Source: Tubulanus polymorphus (taxonomy: Eukaryota > Animalia > Nemertea). From it: a stretch of DNA of 64,000 bases. The DNA is taken from contig NC_134028.1 in the NCBI RefSeq assembly GCF_964204645.1, positions 12,757,263 to 12,821,262 of the forward strand, in the 5' to 3' direction. The notes beneath the pieces were generated by a model. The model saw only the letters and a list, made by a program, of their open reading frames with translations. It made no database searches and was not told where the DNA came from. Of the stretch, positions 38,576 to 52,729 are shown piece by piece; positions within the stretch are counted from its first letter, which is position 1, and each line of letters starts with the position of its first letter. Position numbers and translations under genes: made by a program.

Positions 38576-40080
38576 TCACGTCCAATCATCGAGAGTATAC
38601 GGCGGATATCCCGTAGTATCGTGTGGGGAACTGTTATATTGCCATATCACTATCTGTGAAAATTTCTTCCACCTGGACTTTACTTCAGGCTGTAACATTC
38701 GGAGTCGATGCAAACGAGTGCCATTCATCCGCTCAATACATCCGTTACCCTGCGGATGATAGGGTGTGGTCCTACTCTTAGCCATACCCAAAAGTTTACA
38801 CAACTCCGCGATTACTTGGCCCTCAAAGTTTCTACCTTGATCGCTGTGAAGAGTCTTCGGAATTCCGTATCTGACTATAAAGTTATCATATATGGCCCTA
38901 GCTGCAGTTCTAGCCAACTGATTCTTTGTCGGTATGACCACAGAAAACTTCGTGAAATGGTCTGTTAATACCAACAGATTCTCATATCCAAATGATGGCT
39001 TCAAAGTCAGATAATCCACACATACCAACAAATGGTTCGCTAGTCAAAATAGTTTCTAGAGGCGCCAGATGAGTCTGTGCCTTCTGTAAAGTACAACTTC
39101 TGCAACCCCCGAGATATTTTTCAATATCGCTGAACATTCCAGGCCAGAGAAACCTTGAACTAACGATTTTCAGCGTCTTATCCCGCCCAATATGCCCAAG
39201 CGCGTCGTGAACCCAGAGTAAAATAGAAGGTACCTCTTCCTGAGGAACCAATACCTGCCTTACCTCTTTCCCATCATCGATCTTATTTCGCACTACAAGA
39301 CCATCTCGAACCTCCAACGAGCTGAAAAATTTCCTGTATTTCTGTTCGAGTCGAGTAGTCGGTCGAAACGGCTTCTTCTCACTCAATAGTCTTCTGAGTT
39401 TACCAATCACAGGGTCCTGAGTTTGTAGTTCTTTCAAATCGATGGTCGGTAGTTCGGAAAAGACGTCGTTTACATTATCGTCCGTGGGAACTGGTGTGTC
39501 CACACATTGAGCTGCCGATGCCACACAGAAAGCTTTGAATACATCTGTTTCCACTTTGCGACTCAGTCCATCAGCATCACCCATTGCCTTCCCAGGGGTA
39601 TACTGAAATTTAAGATTATACACTGACAATGATTGAAGCCAGCGATGACTCAGAGCATCGAGTTTAGCACCCATCAGAACATAAGTTAAGGGATTGTTAT
39701 CCATTTCCACCACACAAGCATTACCGTATAGATAATCATGGAACATATCTGTAGCTGCCCACTTCAATGCGAGAAACTCCAGTTTAGCGATGGGATAGTG
39801 AGATTCAGAAGGCTTTACGGTCCTACTCGCATATGCGATTACCTTCCGCTGACCATTTTATTCCTGATATAAAACGGCTCCTAAGCCACTCGTCGACGCG
39901 TCAGTTCTAAGAAAGAACGGAAGTTGATAATCCGCAAATCCAAGAATCGGAGGCTCACACAAACACTTCTTCAAGGTTTGAAAAGCATCATCCTCGAGAT
40001 TCGACCAAGTAGTTATCAGATTTTTCGATTTCCTTGTTGAACCTACCGGTATTCCTTTTAACAAATCAGTCAACGGTTTT
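38576..40080 (-). pseudogene. pol: Gypsy pol 3' part: RT thumb, RNase H, integrase
   Basis: TDASTSGLGAVLYQ, IAYASR, LEFLALKWA, H..GH..C..C, DHFTKF, HSDQGRNFE, GNGCIERMN. Confidence 0.92.
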
Positions 40081-42296
40081 GAGCCTATTACTATACAAAT
40101 GGAGCGAATTTAAATGACATGGTTTCCACACAAAAGGCTCTTTTGCTTGCCAAGTGAGGGCATATTCGAACAAATCACGTATTTAAGCGTAATCCATTCT
40201 CGGAATCGTAGCGAGCAGAATTTTGAAATAGGGTCTCAAAAATGTTTTCTGCATTTTTCACGAAAGTTAAATCGGGAAAATTTCAATTTTTATCAGCCAA
40301 TCAGGAAGTTGTCTTCCCTGTGATTGGTTTATCTGAAAATATCAGCAGCTGTTCACGTGAATTATCGCGATTTCATTACTGGCGCTTTTGCGCATGACGT
40401 CTTGTATCAACATGCGACAATACTTCCGCGTTCGCTACGTGTTCGCTGATTGGCCCATTTACTGGGAAATTCCACAGAAGCCTAATGTGGTTTGTTACAA
40501 GCGCTGTGATTGGCCCGACCCGATTCTGGCATGGCTTTAGCTTAGTGGGTTCGAATCCCTTGACGGGTGAAGATGATGGATCCTATCAATATCTATTGAA
40601 ACAAATAAGTTTCCCGGTTGGGCAGCCGCGGATATCTACCGGAAGTGTTCCGGTTCGATATTTCGAGGTTTCTTTGAATTTTGGAGTGATATTGAAATCC
40701 GGTAATACCAGCGGTAGATTGTGAAAACCCATTGCATGATATTTGTATTACTTAATCAACGAAAAGCGTCGGGGCCGCGCCAGGAGTTTTCGTGATTCAA
40801 GTAGCGCAATAGCCTACTTCTTCGTGTTCGTCCACCTCAATTTTCACTCCGCCGATCTCTGACACGGCTCTGTCCCCGTCGGCGCTGTGATTGAACTTTC
40901 GTACCACCAAAATTTTTTATTTCTATATCAGGGAGGTCTGGAGAATAAAAAAGTCAAAATTTGGATATCACATAGGCCTGATTTCATCGAATAAGTCAAC
41001 CATGGTCGTTACGTTTCCGTACTTATTACCACCTAAAACCCTCTGAACAATTTTGTCACAACCAACATTTCGTTTACAGAAATCAGGTGTTCAATTGAAT
41101 CCGCGGTATCGTCTACTGTTTTACTTCCGGGTTGTATTTTAAGATTTAAAATTGTATTTCAAGATCGATTTCTATGAAATCTTTAGTTGATTTGGTGTTT
41201 GGGAGGAATTTTTATTTGCTCTACAGAAAATTCATCCTTGACAATTGCGCAAGGTTCGCGAAAAAAAGGTTTTACCAAATCGGGTGTATGACCTTGATAT
41301 GCTAATTAGCCATGTGCCCGAATTGCAAATTCAATCAAATTTTATTCTGCCAAAAAATGTTAAATACAATTCGCTTTCCAAGAGTTAATGGTATGCTGCA
41401 TGGAACAAAGTTGTTTTGAGATGGGTCTTGAAGCTATTGAGGTCGAGAGATAACCATCTAGATAGTTCGTGAGAGTTCCAAAGTTTTGAAGACGCTTCAA
41501 GGTAATGTCTTGATATTTGTTTTATACGTGTATCTACCCTAGACACATCTTCAGACCAAAAACTGGCCCTGTCAGATTCAAGATGGCCGACTGGCAGCCA
41601 TTGTTGTTCGCCAAAATCAGCACTTTTTACACATTTTTGAAGTTTTCGAGGGAAATTTTGAAGACACTTTTATCAATAACCTTGATCATTCGTATATATT
41701 TGTATCCCCCGAGGGCCCATCGGCATGAGAAAAATTGAGTCGATCGGACTCAAGATGGCCGTACTGTGACCTTTTTTGTTCCCAAAAATGTCAATTTTGG
41801 CCTGAATTCTGAGTACTGTAGCTTTCTAATGGTGCGCCATGTTTCATTGCAATTTGTAATGGGTATTCTTTGGAAAGGGATCTTTTATATCCGAGAGGGT
41901 ATTTTTGACCAGGCAATTATGATGCACTTGGCAGCCATCTTGGGGTCATCAGTACTCATTCGTGGGTGGAAAAAAAGTTTTTCCACATCATAATTGATAC
42001 TTAAGCATATTTTGCTACTATAATCAATTGGAAAGTTGTAGCTCATGACATGTTCTATGATCGAGGTGAGTTTCAAGCTCATTGGTATTTATTATGGCCA
42101 CCAGGGGGCGTTGAACAATACAATAACTTAGTATTTCTATATTACATTCGTTCCTGCTGTCTGTGTTAACACACGATTTGACTATGTAAATGATATTGAG
42201 CAGGGAGTGTATATTGATAAATATAACCCACAGATTACATCATTTATAAAAAGCAAATCTGACAGGCTGGCCATTGTGCCCCTTGGGGCTCTTGTT
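40081..42296. mobile_element. Composite non-coding insertion (Helentron/HINE-like ends) interrupting Gypsy pol
   Basis: Pol homology stops at 40080 and resumes near 42297; right end GCCCCTTGGGGC hairpin then CTTGTT; left end also seen at 63978. Confidence 0.55.
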
Positions 42297-43100
42297 CCAT
42301 TTTCTTCCTCTGTAGTCGCTCCAGTCATATCGACGTAGCGTAGAAACTCTTTATCAGACAGGTTCTCAGCCGTTTTCATAGACGAAGGAGCCTCTTGTTT
42401 CATGGTATCGCTCCCAACTTCAGACACTGGCACAATACCGCACAGGTTCGCCTTGTTGGGAATTTCGATGTCCCGATCACTTCCGTTCCTTAATCTGACA
42501 GAGATTCGGCAACATCTGACATGGGTACAACAGAAAGTGTGGGAATAACGGACAAACTACCAGGCACTCTCACCTGTCCAGTATCAGTCATTACAACGCC
42601 TTCACCAAAAGTAGTCCAAACCTGTCCATGTACCGTCACTTCCGAGTTTCCTGGTATATGGATGCTTTGTGTCGTCCTCACCACAGCCATGTCGGTGGTG
42701 TCAGTATTCAGAAAGTCCAGTAGGTTCGGCATTTGTCGGATAACGTTCATCCCAATCAAGACTGGTACTTTTTCATGATATTCAGTCGATCGGACCACTA
42801 AAGCCAAAACATCCAGTTCATGTCCATTATGGAACAATTGGAAAGCAGTGTAACCCAAAAATGGTAACACATCACCTGACACCGTATGGACTTGAAAATC
42901 TCGAGTGAGATCCTCCAAAGGATAGATCGACAGTTTGGCCTCATGTTCGTCGACAAACTTCTCTGAGATTGTCGAAATCATAGAACCAGTATCAACCAAT
43001 GCTGTACAGTTGATGTCATTTATCAACACTCGGGTTTCATTTGGAGCGCGGATTAAATCAGTTGTATTGAGGCTCATTTTGTTTCCGCCCAAGTACTGCC
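42297..43100 (-). pseudogene. pol: Gypsy pol 5' part: aspartic protease
   Basis: ALVDTGSMISTIS and VLIGMNVI motifs; frameshift near 42500. Confidence 0.85.
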
Positions 43101-44442
43101 TCTCGTCTTGGGTGGGTCTTCGTTTCCCTGCTTCATTTTCGGACAGTTCCTTTTCAAATGGCCTTTCTCCTGACAATTATAACAGGCTCGTTCCTCCATT
43201 GGAACAAACGGACGCTGTGGCCTTGGTCCACTCTGCCATCTAGTACCTCTCCAGTTCCGACCCTGTTGAACATTCTGGCTCTTAAGAGTCTCGATTTCCC
43301 TCTCCATCTTCTGCAAATGTTGCAAAATCTGATTCATTTGCTCTGTCAAATTGGTTTTTTTAATTGCTTTACCTTCCGTATGAGTCTGTTGACTGTGAAA
43401 CCTCCGAGGCGATGAATTTTTAAATCTTCCATTGGAAACATCCGTCGCACACTCACTCTCGGCTTTCCTCGCTTCCCGGATAAGTCTTTGAAAGTTGTAT
43501 CCCGGTTCCTTGAAATCCGAATCGCCATTTTTAATGGAGTCGAACGCAGACCACGCCAAAAGTGCACCTTTAAAGATTCATCAGTAATATACAAATTGCC
43601 ATAACCAGCAGATTTTACTTTACCTGCAATTCCTCTATCCGCGTTGACCAATCAGCAATTGTTTCTGCTTCCTCCTGCTTGGCCGAATGAAACTTAACCA
43701 TTATCTCTTCTGCCGAGAGAACCTCTCCAAAAGTCAAGTCCATCCTATCCAAGACTTCGGAAGCATTGGGCTCAGAGTTCTCATCATAGAGATTGGTCAG
43801 TACACGCATTGCCGTCCCTCTTAACAATGCCCTAATCAGTCGCAATCGATTTGGTTCGTTGAGGCCATTATCTCTTATAAACCCACGGACTTCTTGTCGC
43901 CACTGTATGAAACTTATCTCGCCTTTACTTTCAGCACCACTGAACATTCCTAACCGAGGGGCCTGCACCGAAACATTTACCTTTGAGGGTTCAGCTGGGG
44001 TGTTCAATGGAACAGGGTCAGGTATCTGAGGTATATTAAACGACTCACCCAAGTTCTCGTGCTTAATATGAGCCACTGTCGTCAATCTATCGACGAGTCT
44101 ACTCTGTGTTTTCCGTGGAAGACTAGCAAAAGACTTGACCATTTCCTCCATGCTATTCTCTGCTTCGACCGCTTCGTGTAGAAAACGAGTTTGAGTTGCA
44201 TCAACTGACCTAACAGTAAGAAGAACATTTCCTTTTCCGACATTAACCCTCTGACCATCAACCTCACGAGCTTTCCTAACAGATTCCCCTTTAGATTTGA
44301 ATATAATATAAATACCCGTAGGAGTCGTGCTGGTGGTCTCGATTTTACCATACTTACTGAAGTATTCAGAACAGAACTCACCTGGTTCCGCAAGTTCATT
44401 AGTACCACCCACAAAAACAGTTCTTTCATGAAGTGTTGACAT
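43074..44442 (-). pseudogene. gag: PNMA-like Gag with N-terminal RRM-like domain and CCHC knuckle, frameshifted
   Basis: RTVFVGG..EYFSKYGKI, PRLGMFSG, F..AKQ...E....W..R, CYNCQEKGHLKRNC. Confidence 0.85.
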
Positions 44443-45087
44443 TGTGTTATAATACCTGCATTCGATTTCAGTTACCCTTATTTCGTGTCCAAGATGACCC
44501 TGACTGACACAACAAAAGTTGACCCAGTAACTGGTACACAAAAATAAAATCAAATAAAACACATACATGCACGACATGAAACTGAATTAATTTAACACAC
44601 AAAGCAACCAGATCAAATAAACTAATTGCAGAACCAAAATAATCTATGTATATAGCCTATTTGGCTTATTTAGTTACACAATTTTCTTTTTAGTTCATTC
44701 ATGAAACTCATTACTGCCGCACAACCAAAACTCATAGAATCTTCTTCAATCACCACAAACCACAAAAGTTCATGCATTTAAACAAAACAATTAATGCATA
44801 AATTTAGGCAATTCTGCCTCGAATAATGCAAATGTAACTACAGCGCAAACTAAATATTAAGCGAAGCAATCTGCGACATTTGCACCCATTTCCAGCAAGC
44901 AAAGCATAAGCAGACTGACTAGATTGATTACTCACTGATAATACACGATATTCACGGTACACACTAAGATAGCTGCGTATTACGAGTCGACATAACGTAC
45001 ACTGGATCCAGATTTTTACGACGCTCGACACTATCTACGATTACGCCGAAGTAGGCTGGCTGACGTCGGTGATTAATGGCGAATGTC

Positions 45088-45104
45088 TCCCGGACGAGCC
45101 CCCA
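45088..45104 (-). promoter_or_regulatory. Primer-binding site for tRNA-Pro
   Basis: TGGGGGCTCGTCCGGGA, 4 nt inside the LTR-terminal CA. Confidence 0.9.
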
Positions 45105-45108
45105 AATA

Positions 45109-45945
45109 TGACAGAGCAGATTCCTCGATTTGATTCATTAACGGCGACGAGAGCTGCTCCCACCGCTTTACCACAGCCTCAAAGATGGTCTCGTTTAATC
45201 AGTCGAAATTCTCCGCCGACGCCGTATATCACTGTCGTAGACAGGTGTCCGGAAATGCCACCTGACCAGCTCCTCAGCTACCACTAAATAAACGGAGTGA
45301 AATATTTCTATAATATAAAAACCAGTTTATTTTGTGCAAACAACAATTCAATCTAAACAGATCGAATCACATATAAATAATGATAATAATTCCACGAAGT
45401 GTTAATATTTATTTTACTAGCCTAAGATACGATTATTTAACATTATCCTTAATAATAATAACCAGAGTAGTGCATTTCCTATGTACAATCTAATTCTATC
45501 ATAATTATAGACATAATATGTATTTCACAAACCCCCACCTACCTTACCCTTAAGCAACCACTTATTATATCAAGACACCATTTTGAAAGCCAAGGTCACA
45601 CAAAACCCCGTGAAAACTCCGGAAAGTTGAACACAAAAGTAACTATAAATCTATAATATATTCCATAATACGATGGCCTCTATCAAAAACCGTACACTTA
45701 TATAACAGTTTATCATCATTACCTACCTAAATAAACGGAGTGAAATATTTCTATAATGTAAAAACCAGTTTATTTTGTGCAGACAACAATTCGATCTCAA
45801 CAGATCGAATCACATATAAATAATGATAATAAACACGGGTTTCCGGTTGCCACGACGACAACTCCTAGGTTGGCGCCACTAGACAGTTCATACAACTGAA
45901 AAACCAAACTCCGCACCAGAGAAGTCCACAACTCACCCTGTGACA
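45109..45945 (-). repeat. 5' LTR of the Gypsy element
   Basis: TGTCACAG...CTGTCA termini abutting the PBS; outer boundary inferred because no second LTR is present. Confidence 0.65.
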
Positions 45946-46477
45946 CATATTTGCATAAATACTTCTAGAATCTCAATACTCTTTTTACCGACGACATACT
46001 GAGCAAGTTTGAAAATGAACTAGAGTGTATTGCGCAATCCAATGACGAATAAACCCCAAATTTCCACCCTTTAAAGGCTATAACTTTTGAACCGCTTGAC
46101 CGATTTTGATTCTGTAAAGTGCTATATCCTTATGCTATCCCCTTCTTCATTTTAACCTTTTAAAAAGATACATAGAACACATAGAAATTTTCCACCTGAA
46201 ATCCCTAACAGCAATCCCGAAGAAGCATTGCAAATTTAAAAAAATCCATTTTGTTGCCGGATAAAATCTTTAACGGAGCTAAAACATTGTCAATGTTTCC
46301 AAAAAATCATCTACAATTGAAATTATGGGTGCTCCTTATATTTCAGGATTAAAATTGATACCTTGGGACGTACTCGGGCAATCGTCGGCAATGTTCAGCT
46401 GTCCCGATTTTTGCGGGTAGATTTAAGCATTACGAAGATAGGAGGGTTTCCTGCCTTTCTATATATAGTATAGTTAA

Positions 46478-47724
46478 AGGGGTCATGATGAGGTTTTTGA
46501 GATATGGCTAAAAGTATTTTTTATCATCAATTATACCCTATTTATTGATTTAGTGGTCAAGAAATTAATTTCTAATTCTTCAATTAGTGTTAAAATGAGA
46601 CTTTTGATCGGCCGCGCTGATTCCTTCCCAACCCGGAAGTGTGACGTCATTCTGAGAACCCAAACCAAAACAACATGGTGTAGTGTATAGAAACGGGTGA
46701 TACTAACAGCGATTAAAGTGCAAAATAGTGACTCAAATACATCAGATTCCAATCAAACGTCTGATGTTTGCAAAGCCAACAGTTGTTATTAATAGACAGT
46801 CAAAATTATTCCGTTTAATTTGGACCTGATGCCTCAGAACGAAGGAATTTGTGACTATAGAGTACAGCATATTTCTACGTCTGGAGCAGCGAGCATTCAT
46901 CGTCATTAAGTCAATCCCTCTGTAAAAACCACGCGGAGGGGATGACTGATATAGACATCGCAGATATTACTGTGGATAGAGATATTTTTATCCAGTACTG
47001 CACCATAAAAGCGTCCTGAAACCGTAAACTTGTTCGTGAATCCCAGCCGAGCCTGCGCCATCCCGGCCGTGTAATAGTATTGTGTGCTGCATACATACAG
47101 TCAGTATGTTGTATATACTACAGCGATGTGGGTCACTGGGGAAAGCCAGTACTATATGCAGTGGAAAGCGCGTATCTCTTACTACGTATTTAATTCGCGA
47201 AAATAGCGTCACTTGGCAGGATAAAAGGCTCTAAGATAATAAAAACATAAGTTTTGTGTATCCAAGTTTATGCGTGCCGTAATATTTGCAAGAATCCTTC
47301 TCTGAAGTGTGAAGCTAGTTTACACCATAGGCCGGGTGTTTTCGCTCTTATGGTCCATCATCTTAGGGCCAAATCTTTTGGTTTTGGCCACTAAAATTTG
47401 TCGCTGCCTTTGTGGGAACAGTTCATAGCTACACACAGCCAAGGCATTTCGAAAGACTGTAAAATTAGTGCGATATTCAGTGAAAATGAGCATTGTATAA
47501 TAACGCTTCTGAGTGTGCTGTAGGCGATGTGTTCTCAGAATGACGTCATCAACATCACCGCGCAAACGCGAGCGTCCTGTTGCTAGGGCCGTTGCTACGG
47601 GCTTTTCTCGAGTTTGGATAAAGATATTTAAAAAAATTTTTCACAAGACTACCATAGATGCATACGGTGAATGTTTTATACAAAAAAAATTAGATTTAAA
47701 ATTCAAAACCTCTTCATGACCCCT
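46478..47724 (-). mobile_element. Kolobok-like non-autonomous element, copy 2
   Basis: Reverse complement of 14227..15478; TTAA on the left flank. Confidence 0.82.
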
Positions 47725-47728
47725 TTTA

Positions 47729-48964
47729 AGGGGTTATGAAGACTTAGGGAAAAACATTTTTAAATCAAATTCGTTTTGTATAAAACCTTTACTATATGTG
47801 TCTATAGTAGTTTAGTGAAAAAAATTTCAGATATCACCATCCAAATGCAAGAAACGGGACGCTCACGGTTGGGCGCTTATGTCGCCGACGTCATTCTTAG
47901 AACACATTACCTGCAGCTCACTCAGAGGCGTTATAATACAACGTTTATTTTTGTTGAATAATGTGCTAATTTTACCGTCTTTTGAAATGCCTTGGCTGTG
48001 TGTAGCTGTGAACTGTTGCCGTGAAGGAAGCAAAAAATTTTAGTTGCCAAAACAACGGATATGGCCCAAAGATTAGACCGTACGAAGCCTTCTTTGGACT
48101 ACAGCTCATCATCCAGCCTACGTGTATTGCACTTTACCGAAGGGTTTTCGCAAATATGACGCCACGAAACTTTGATACACAAAATATGCTTTTATTTTCT
48201 GATAGCCTTTTACTCTTCCAAATGACGCAAATTTCCGTGAATGCAATATCTATGACTTGTAAGAGATACCCGCTTTCCACTGAGCGTAGTACTGGCCTGT
48301 GACCCACTCAAAAGCTAGTGTATACAACATACTGCTGGCTGGCTATGTTTGCAGCACATAGCCTACTATTAGTACTACACGGGTTGGCACAGGCTAGGCC
48401 GGGATACTACACAAACAAATTTCAGATTCAGGATGCTCTTATGGTCCAGTACAGGATAAAACCCAGAGAAAAATATCAGCGATATCGATCTATATCAGTG
48501 ATCCCCCTCCCAATAGTTATAACAAATTTATATTGGGAATGACTTTTAAGGTAAGAATGATGAAAGCTCACTGCTCCGCGACATTGACTACTCTCTGCCA
48601 GTTGCAAATTCCTTCTTCAGAGGCATCAGGTTTAAATTGAAGAGAGTAATTTCGACTGCCTATTTGTAAGAACTGATGGCTTCCTAAATTTCAGAGATTT
48701 CACTGGAATCTGATGTATTTGAGTCACTGCTTTGCACTTAAATCGCCGTTAGTATCGCCCGTTTCTATACACCACACCATGTTGTTTTGGTTCGGGTTCC
48801 ACACTTCCGGGTTGGGAAGAAATCAGCGCGGCCGATCAAAAGTCTCAATTTTATAATAATGAAAGAATGCAAAATTAATTTCTTGACCGCTTAACCAATT
48901 AATAGGTTATAATTGATGATTAAAATTACTTTTAGCCATATCTAAAAAGGTCTTCATAACCCCT
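47729..48964 (+). mobile_element. Kolobok-like non-autonomous element, diverged copy 3
   Basis: TIR AGGGGTTATGAAGAC; collinear with copy 1 but more diverged. Confidence 0.78.
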
Positions 48965-49739
48965 TGATACAACCGGTGTGCGTTGCATCTTGGGTAAATT
49001 CATTATAAAGCATGGTGGATTATCGAAGGTGGAATAGGCTTAATATATCGCTGGTGAATTATAATTAAATATTTATCCATTATAAAAGCCCATATTCAAG
49101 TGCCTCTGATTGTGATCTTGATCCCAAATGCTCATGGTTTCCATGGAAACCAGCCAAAAACGATATGACATATCATTAGTTATGATGTTTAAAGGGGATA
49201 GAATAGATTATTTATCAATAGGCCCTAGTTCATGTTTGCCATAGGCCTAAGTTCCAGGCCTAAAGATTATTATTGGTTTCCGTGGTAACGACAAGAACAA
49301 GAAAATTAATTTTGACAAATTATTTGACGTTGCTCTATCATTGTTGCTCTCCAAGATCAGTACTTATAACACGTTTTTGAACGTTTGGAGGGAAATTTTT
49401 AAGACGCTTCGATCAATTACCTTGATCTTTCGTATTTATTTGAATCTTCCCAGGGCCCATCAGCGTTACAAAAATTGGGTCGATTGGACTCAAGATGGCC
49501 ATTCTATGACCTTATTAGTGCCCAAAAATGTAAATTTTGGCCAGAATTCTGAGTCCTGTAGCTTCCTACTGGTTTGCCATTTCTCATATTGCTATTGCTG
49601 ATGGGTATCCTTTGGAAAGGGATGTTTTATACCCGAGACAGGTATTTTTGATCGGCCAATTATGACGCAATTGGTGGCCATCTTGGTGTCATCTGTACTC
49701 ATTCATAGGTGGGAAAAAGTTTTTCAACATTATATTGAT

Positions 49740-50320
49740 ACCTTAGCATATTTTGTTACCGCAGTGAATTAGAAAAGTGTAGCTTATAATGTGTTCTTTG
49801 ATTGTGGTGAGTTTCAAGGTCATTGGTCTTTGTATATGGCCACCAGGGGGCATTGAATAATACATTATCTTAGTATTCCTATATTAAATTTGTACCAATG
49901 CATAATTTGTTACCACGATCAATTGCAAAGTTGTAGCTCATGACATCGTCTATGATTGTGGTGAGTTTTAAGGATATAAGTTATTGGTTTTAAGAGGGGG
50001 CGCTGAATAGTATAATAACTTAGTATTTCCTTATTATATTGGTACCTAGGCATATCTTGTTACCATGATCAATTACAAAGTTGTAGTTCATGACATGATC
50101 TATGATTGTGGTGAGTTTCAAGGTCACTGGGTTTTGAATATAGTCACCAGGAGGCGTTGAATAGTAGAATAACTTCGTATTTCCATATTAAATTGTTAAC
50201 GAGGCATATTTTGTTATCACAATCAATTACAAAATCGTAGCTGCTGACATATTCTATGATTGTGGTCAGTTTCAAGGTCATTGGTTTTTGTATATGGTCA
50301 CCAGGGGGCGTTGAATATTG
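49740..50320 (+). repeat. Four tandem ~150-bp units within an interspersed repeat
   Basis: GTAG(C/T)T at 49779, 49933, 50083 and 50237; GAGTTTCAAGGTCA and CACCAGGGGGCG recur. Confidence 0.8.
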
Positions 50321-52729
50321 AAATTGTTAGATTATTGAGAATTTGAAACCACTTCCCAAGTGGGCATGGTGTCCCTGGACCCCTAGTAAGGCCTATATAT
50401 AGGCCTAGTACCTAGGATACTGGGGTCAAAATCCTTTTTTGTCAAGTCCCTGTGATTAAGTTTTATTGAACAAACTCAAAATTTGCAATTCAATTTGTTT
50501 ATATTAAACGAACTTCAAACTTTCAATTCAATTTTACTTTATTGATCATACTTTCAAATCTGAAATATGATATATGCGTATAATACTCCCATAATCGAAT
50601 GGGCAGTATAATTCATATTCGAAGGAGAGAGCATTGTATCATCAATTAATGCGCTTTATTCTTAAGTAAGATCAAGGATTAGGGTTAGGGAAAGGTGTAC
50701 GATTGTGGAATCTTCCCAAATTGTGTAGTCTACTAGCATACGTCGAATATTCCAATTCAAGGTTTTAGTTAGGTCCAGATATTGTGTTAGGTGATGGATA
50801 AGGGTTAGGGTTAGGTTCAGATTTAGGCATAATGAACATAAGGCCTACCCTACTTTTTGGAATAATGAAACTCACAAATTGCGAAGTTTCCTTAACTAGC
50901 ATAAAACCTATGTCTAATATTTTGTATTTAAGGATTCATTCAGGTTTAGATAGTTGGTTAGATCAAGGATTTGGGTTAGGGTGAGGTTTTGCCATAGGCC
51001 TAAAGGAGTGAGCATTTTATTTTGATACAGTGGACCACCATGTCGGTCAATGTCAAGTTAATTTAAAGTGTTTAGTATCAATCACGCTGTCCATGATCTC
51101 TACACTGTAAATGTCATCAGTAACATATACATATACATATACTTAAATTTCTTCTCATGATTAAAACGCGGAAAGTACAATTTTGATAGCATTTGTTCAT
51201 TAAAGACACATCAATGTAATATCTTGTTATTTGGGTTACACATGTATCTACCCTAGAACATCTTCAGTCCAAATCAAGATGGCTGACTGGCAGCCATTAT
51301 TGTTCGCCAGAATAGATGAATGGTTAAAATGATAATTGTAATCAGTGTATAATTTTAAGACCCTTATCATTTTAAGTATTCATCTATTTCGAGCATAGGC
51401 CTATAGGCCGATGTGTTCCAAAAAAACCGAACTGAGAACGAACTCAAATCACAACGACTCTGAAAATAAAACGCAATAGGGCCTAGGCCTATATATATAT
51501 ATACGTTTATGAAGACGATAAGTAATAGAGCAAGGAAATATTATCTAAAACCAATCACTAAACCAAAACCGAATTTCACCCAAGTTATACCGATCCCAAC
51601 CGTATTGTGAAAACCATCTCAAAATTAACCCAACTAGTTACAAAATATAAACTTTTATCGATGCATTATTTCCTGAATAATTTTATCTAAGCACAATTAA
51701 ATTAAATGTTGAATTTTAAAGACATATGAATTAAAGGCATTTGAATTAAAGATACTCAACAACAGTGTCCAAATACAATCACGCTGTCGAACCGCAACAC
51801 GTCGCTCCTTGAGTAGTAACGGTATTTGGAAATACGGCGGAATAAAGTTCTGTCCTGATCACCGACTCACCAAAATACACGGGAATAGTACCAGTACGAT
51901 AACCCAATAGTAGTTGAAAATGGATTACGAACCAGTTTAGTTGAACCAATAGTCTCTAGTGGTAGAAGACGAATTAACAAATCGATCCTCTGTATAGCCT
52001 ATGACGACGATCACGAAATTCCGATCGCTTTCTAAATCGGAATAAAATCCATAAAACTTCCAAATGTCTACATCAGTTTCGTCAAAAATTCATAAAGACT
52101 TTATGAATTTTGGTATCGTAGAACAGTATGATTTAAGTAGTCCCATGTCTTTACTACTGATATGATATTTGTAGTTATGAACTATCTAGCTAAAACTGCT
52201 ATTATAAAAGAATTGTTGCTATTGCAAAACTTCTCTTGTAGAAAAATATTTCACTGTATAACGGAATTTCCATCTTCAGTAATCCAGCTAATAACGATGA
52301 ATAAAAATCCTTTCAAAAATCCATGACAGATCAAATTAAATTCAGTACAGTAATTAAGAATCAGTTAATCCTTTGATAGGGTTAATTAAATAGCAGGAAG
52401 CTGTGTGGCTGTTTCAAAATCCCCAAAAACAACTCCCTCTCCCCAGTCTAACAGATGTCACATGCCCTTGAAATTCGGAGAAATCTAAGTAGCACTCAGA
52501 AATAGAGTAAAATAGTTCAAACTAAAAATGATGAAATACATATCAAATATGCCACCAAGGTTCTGTGATGAAATAATAAAAGTAAGTATTTGGAAAATCT
52601 TTGAAATCTATGAAGATTATTTAAAACCCAAGTAATAGGGTAGGAGTAATTGGGAAAGTGGGCTTTCAGATCAGAGGTCGAGCGGTCGAGACACCACTCA
52701 TCACCACAAGTAATTTTTTTTCCTAATAA

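Larger units (their letters stand above)
38530..45945 (-). mobile_element. Gypsy/Ty3 LTR retrotransposon, 3'-truncated, RT core lost at an insertion
   Basis: LTR, PBS, gag, protease, RNase H and integrase in Gypsy order. Confidence 0.9.

Noticed and set aside
50675-51000. TTAGGG-like motifs as an interstitial telomere
   Set aside because: Only scattered one-to-two-unit degenerate copies, as commonly found inside invertebrate repeats
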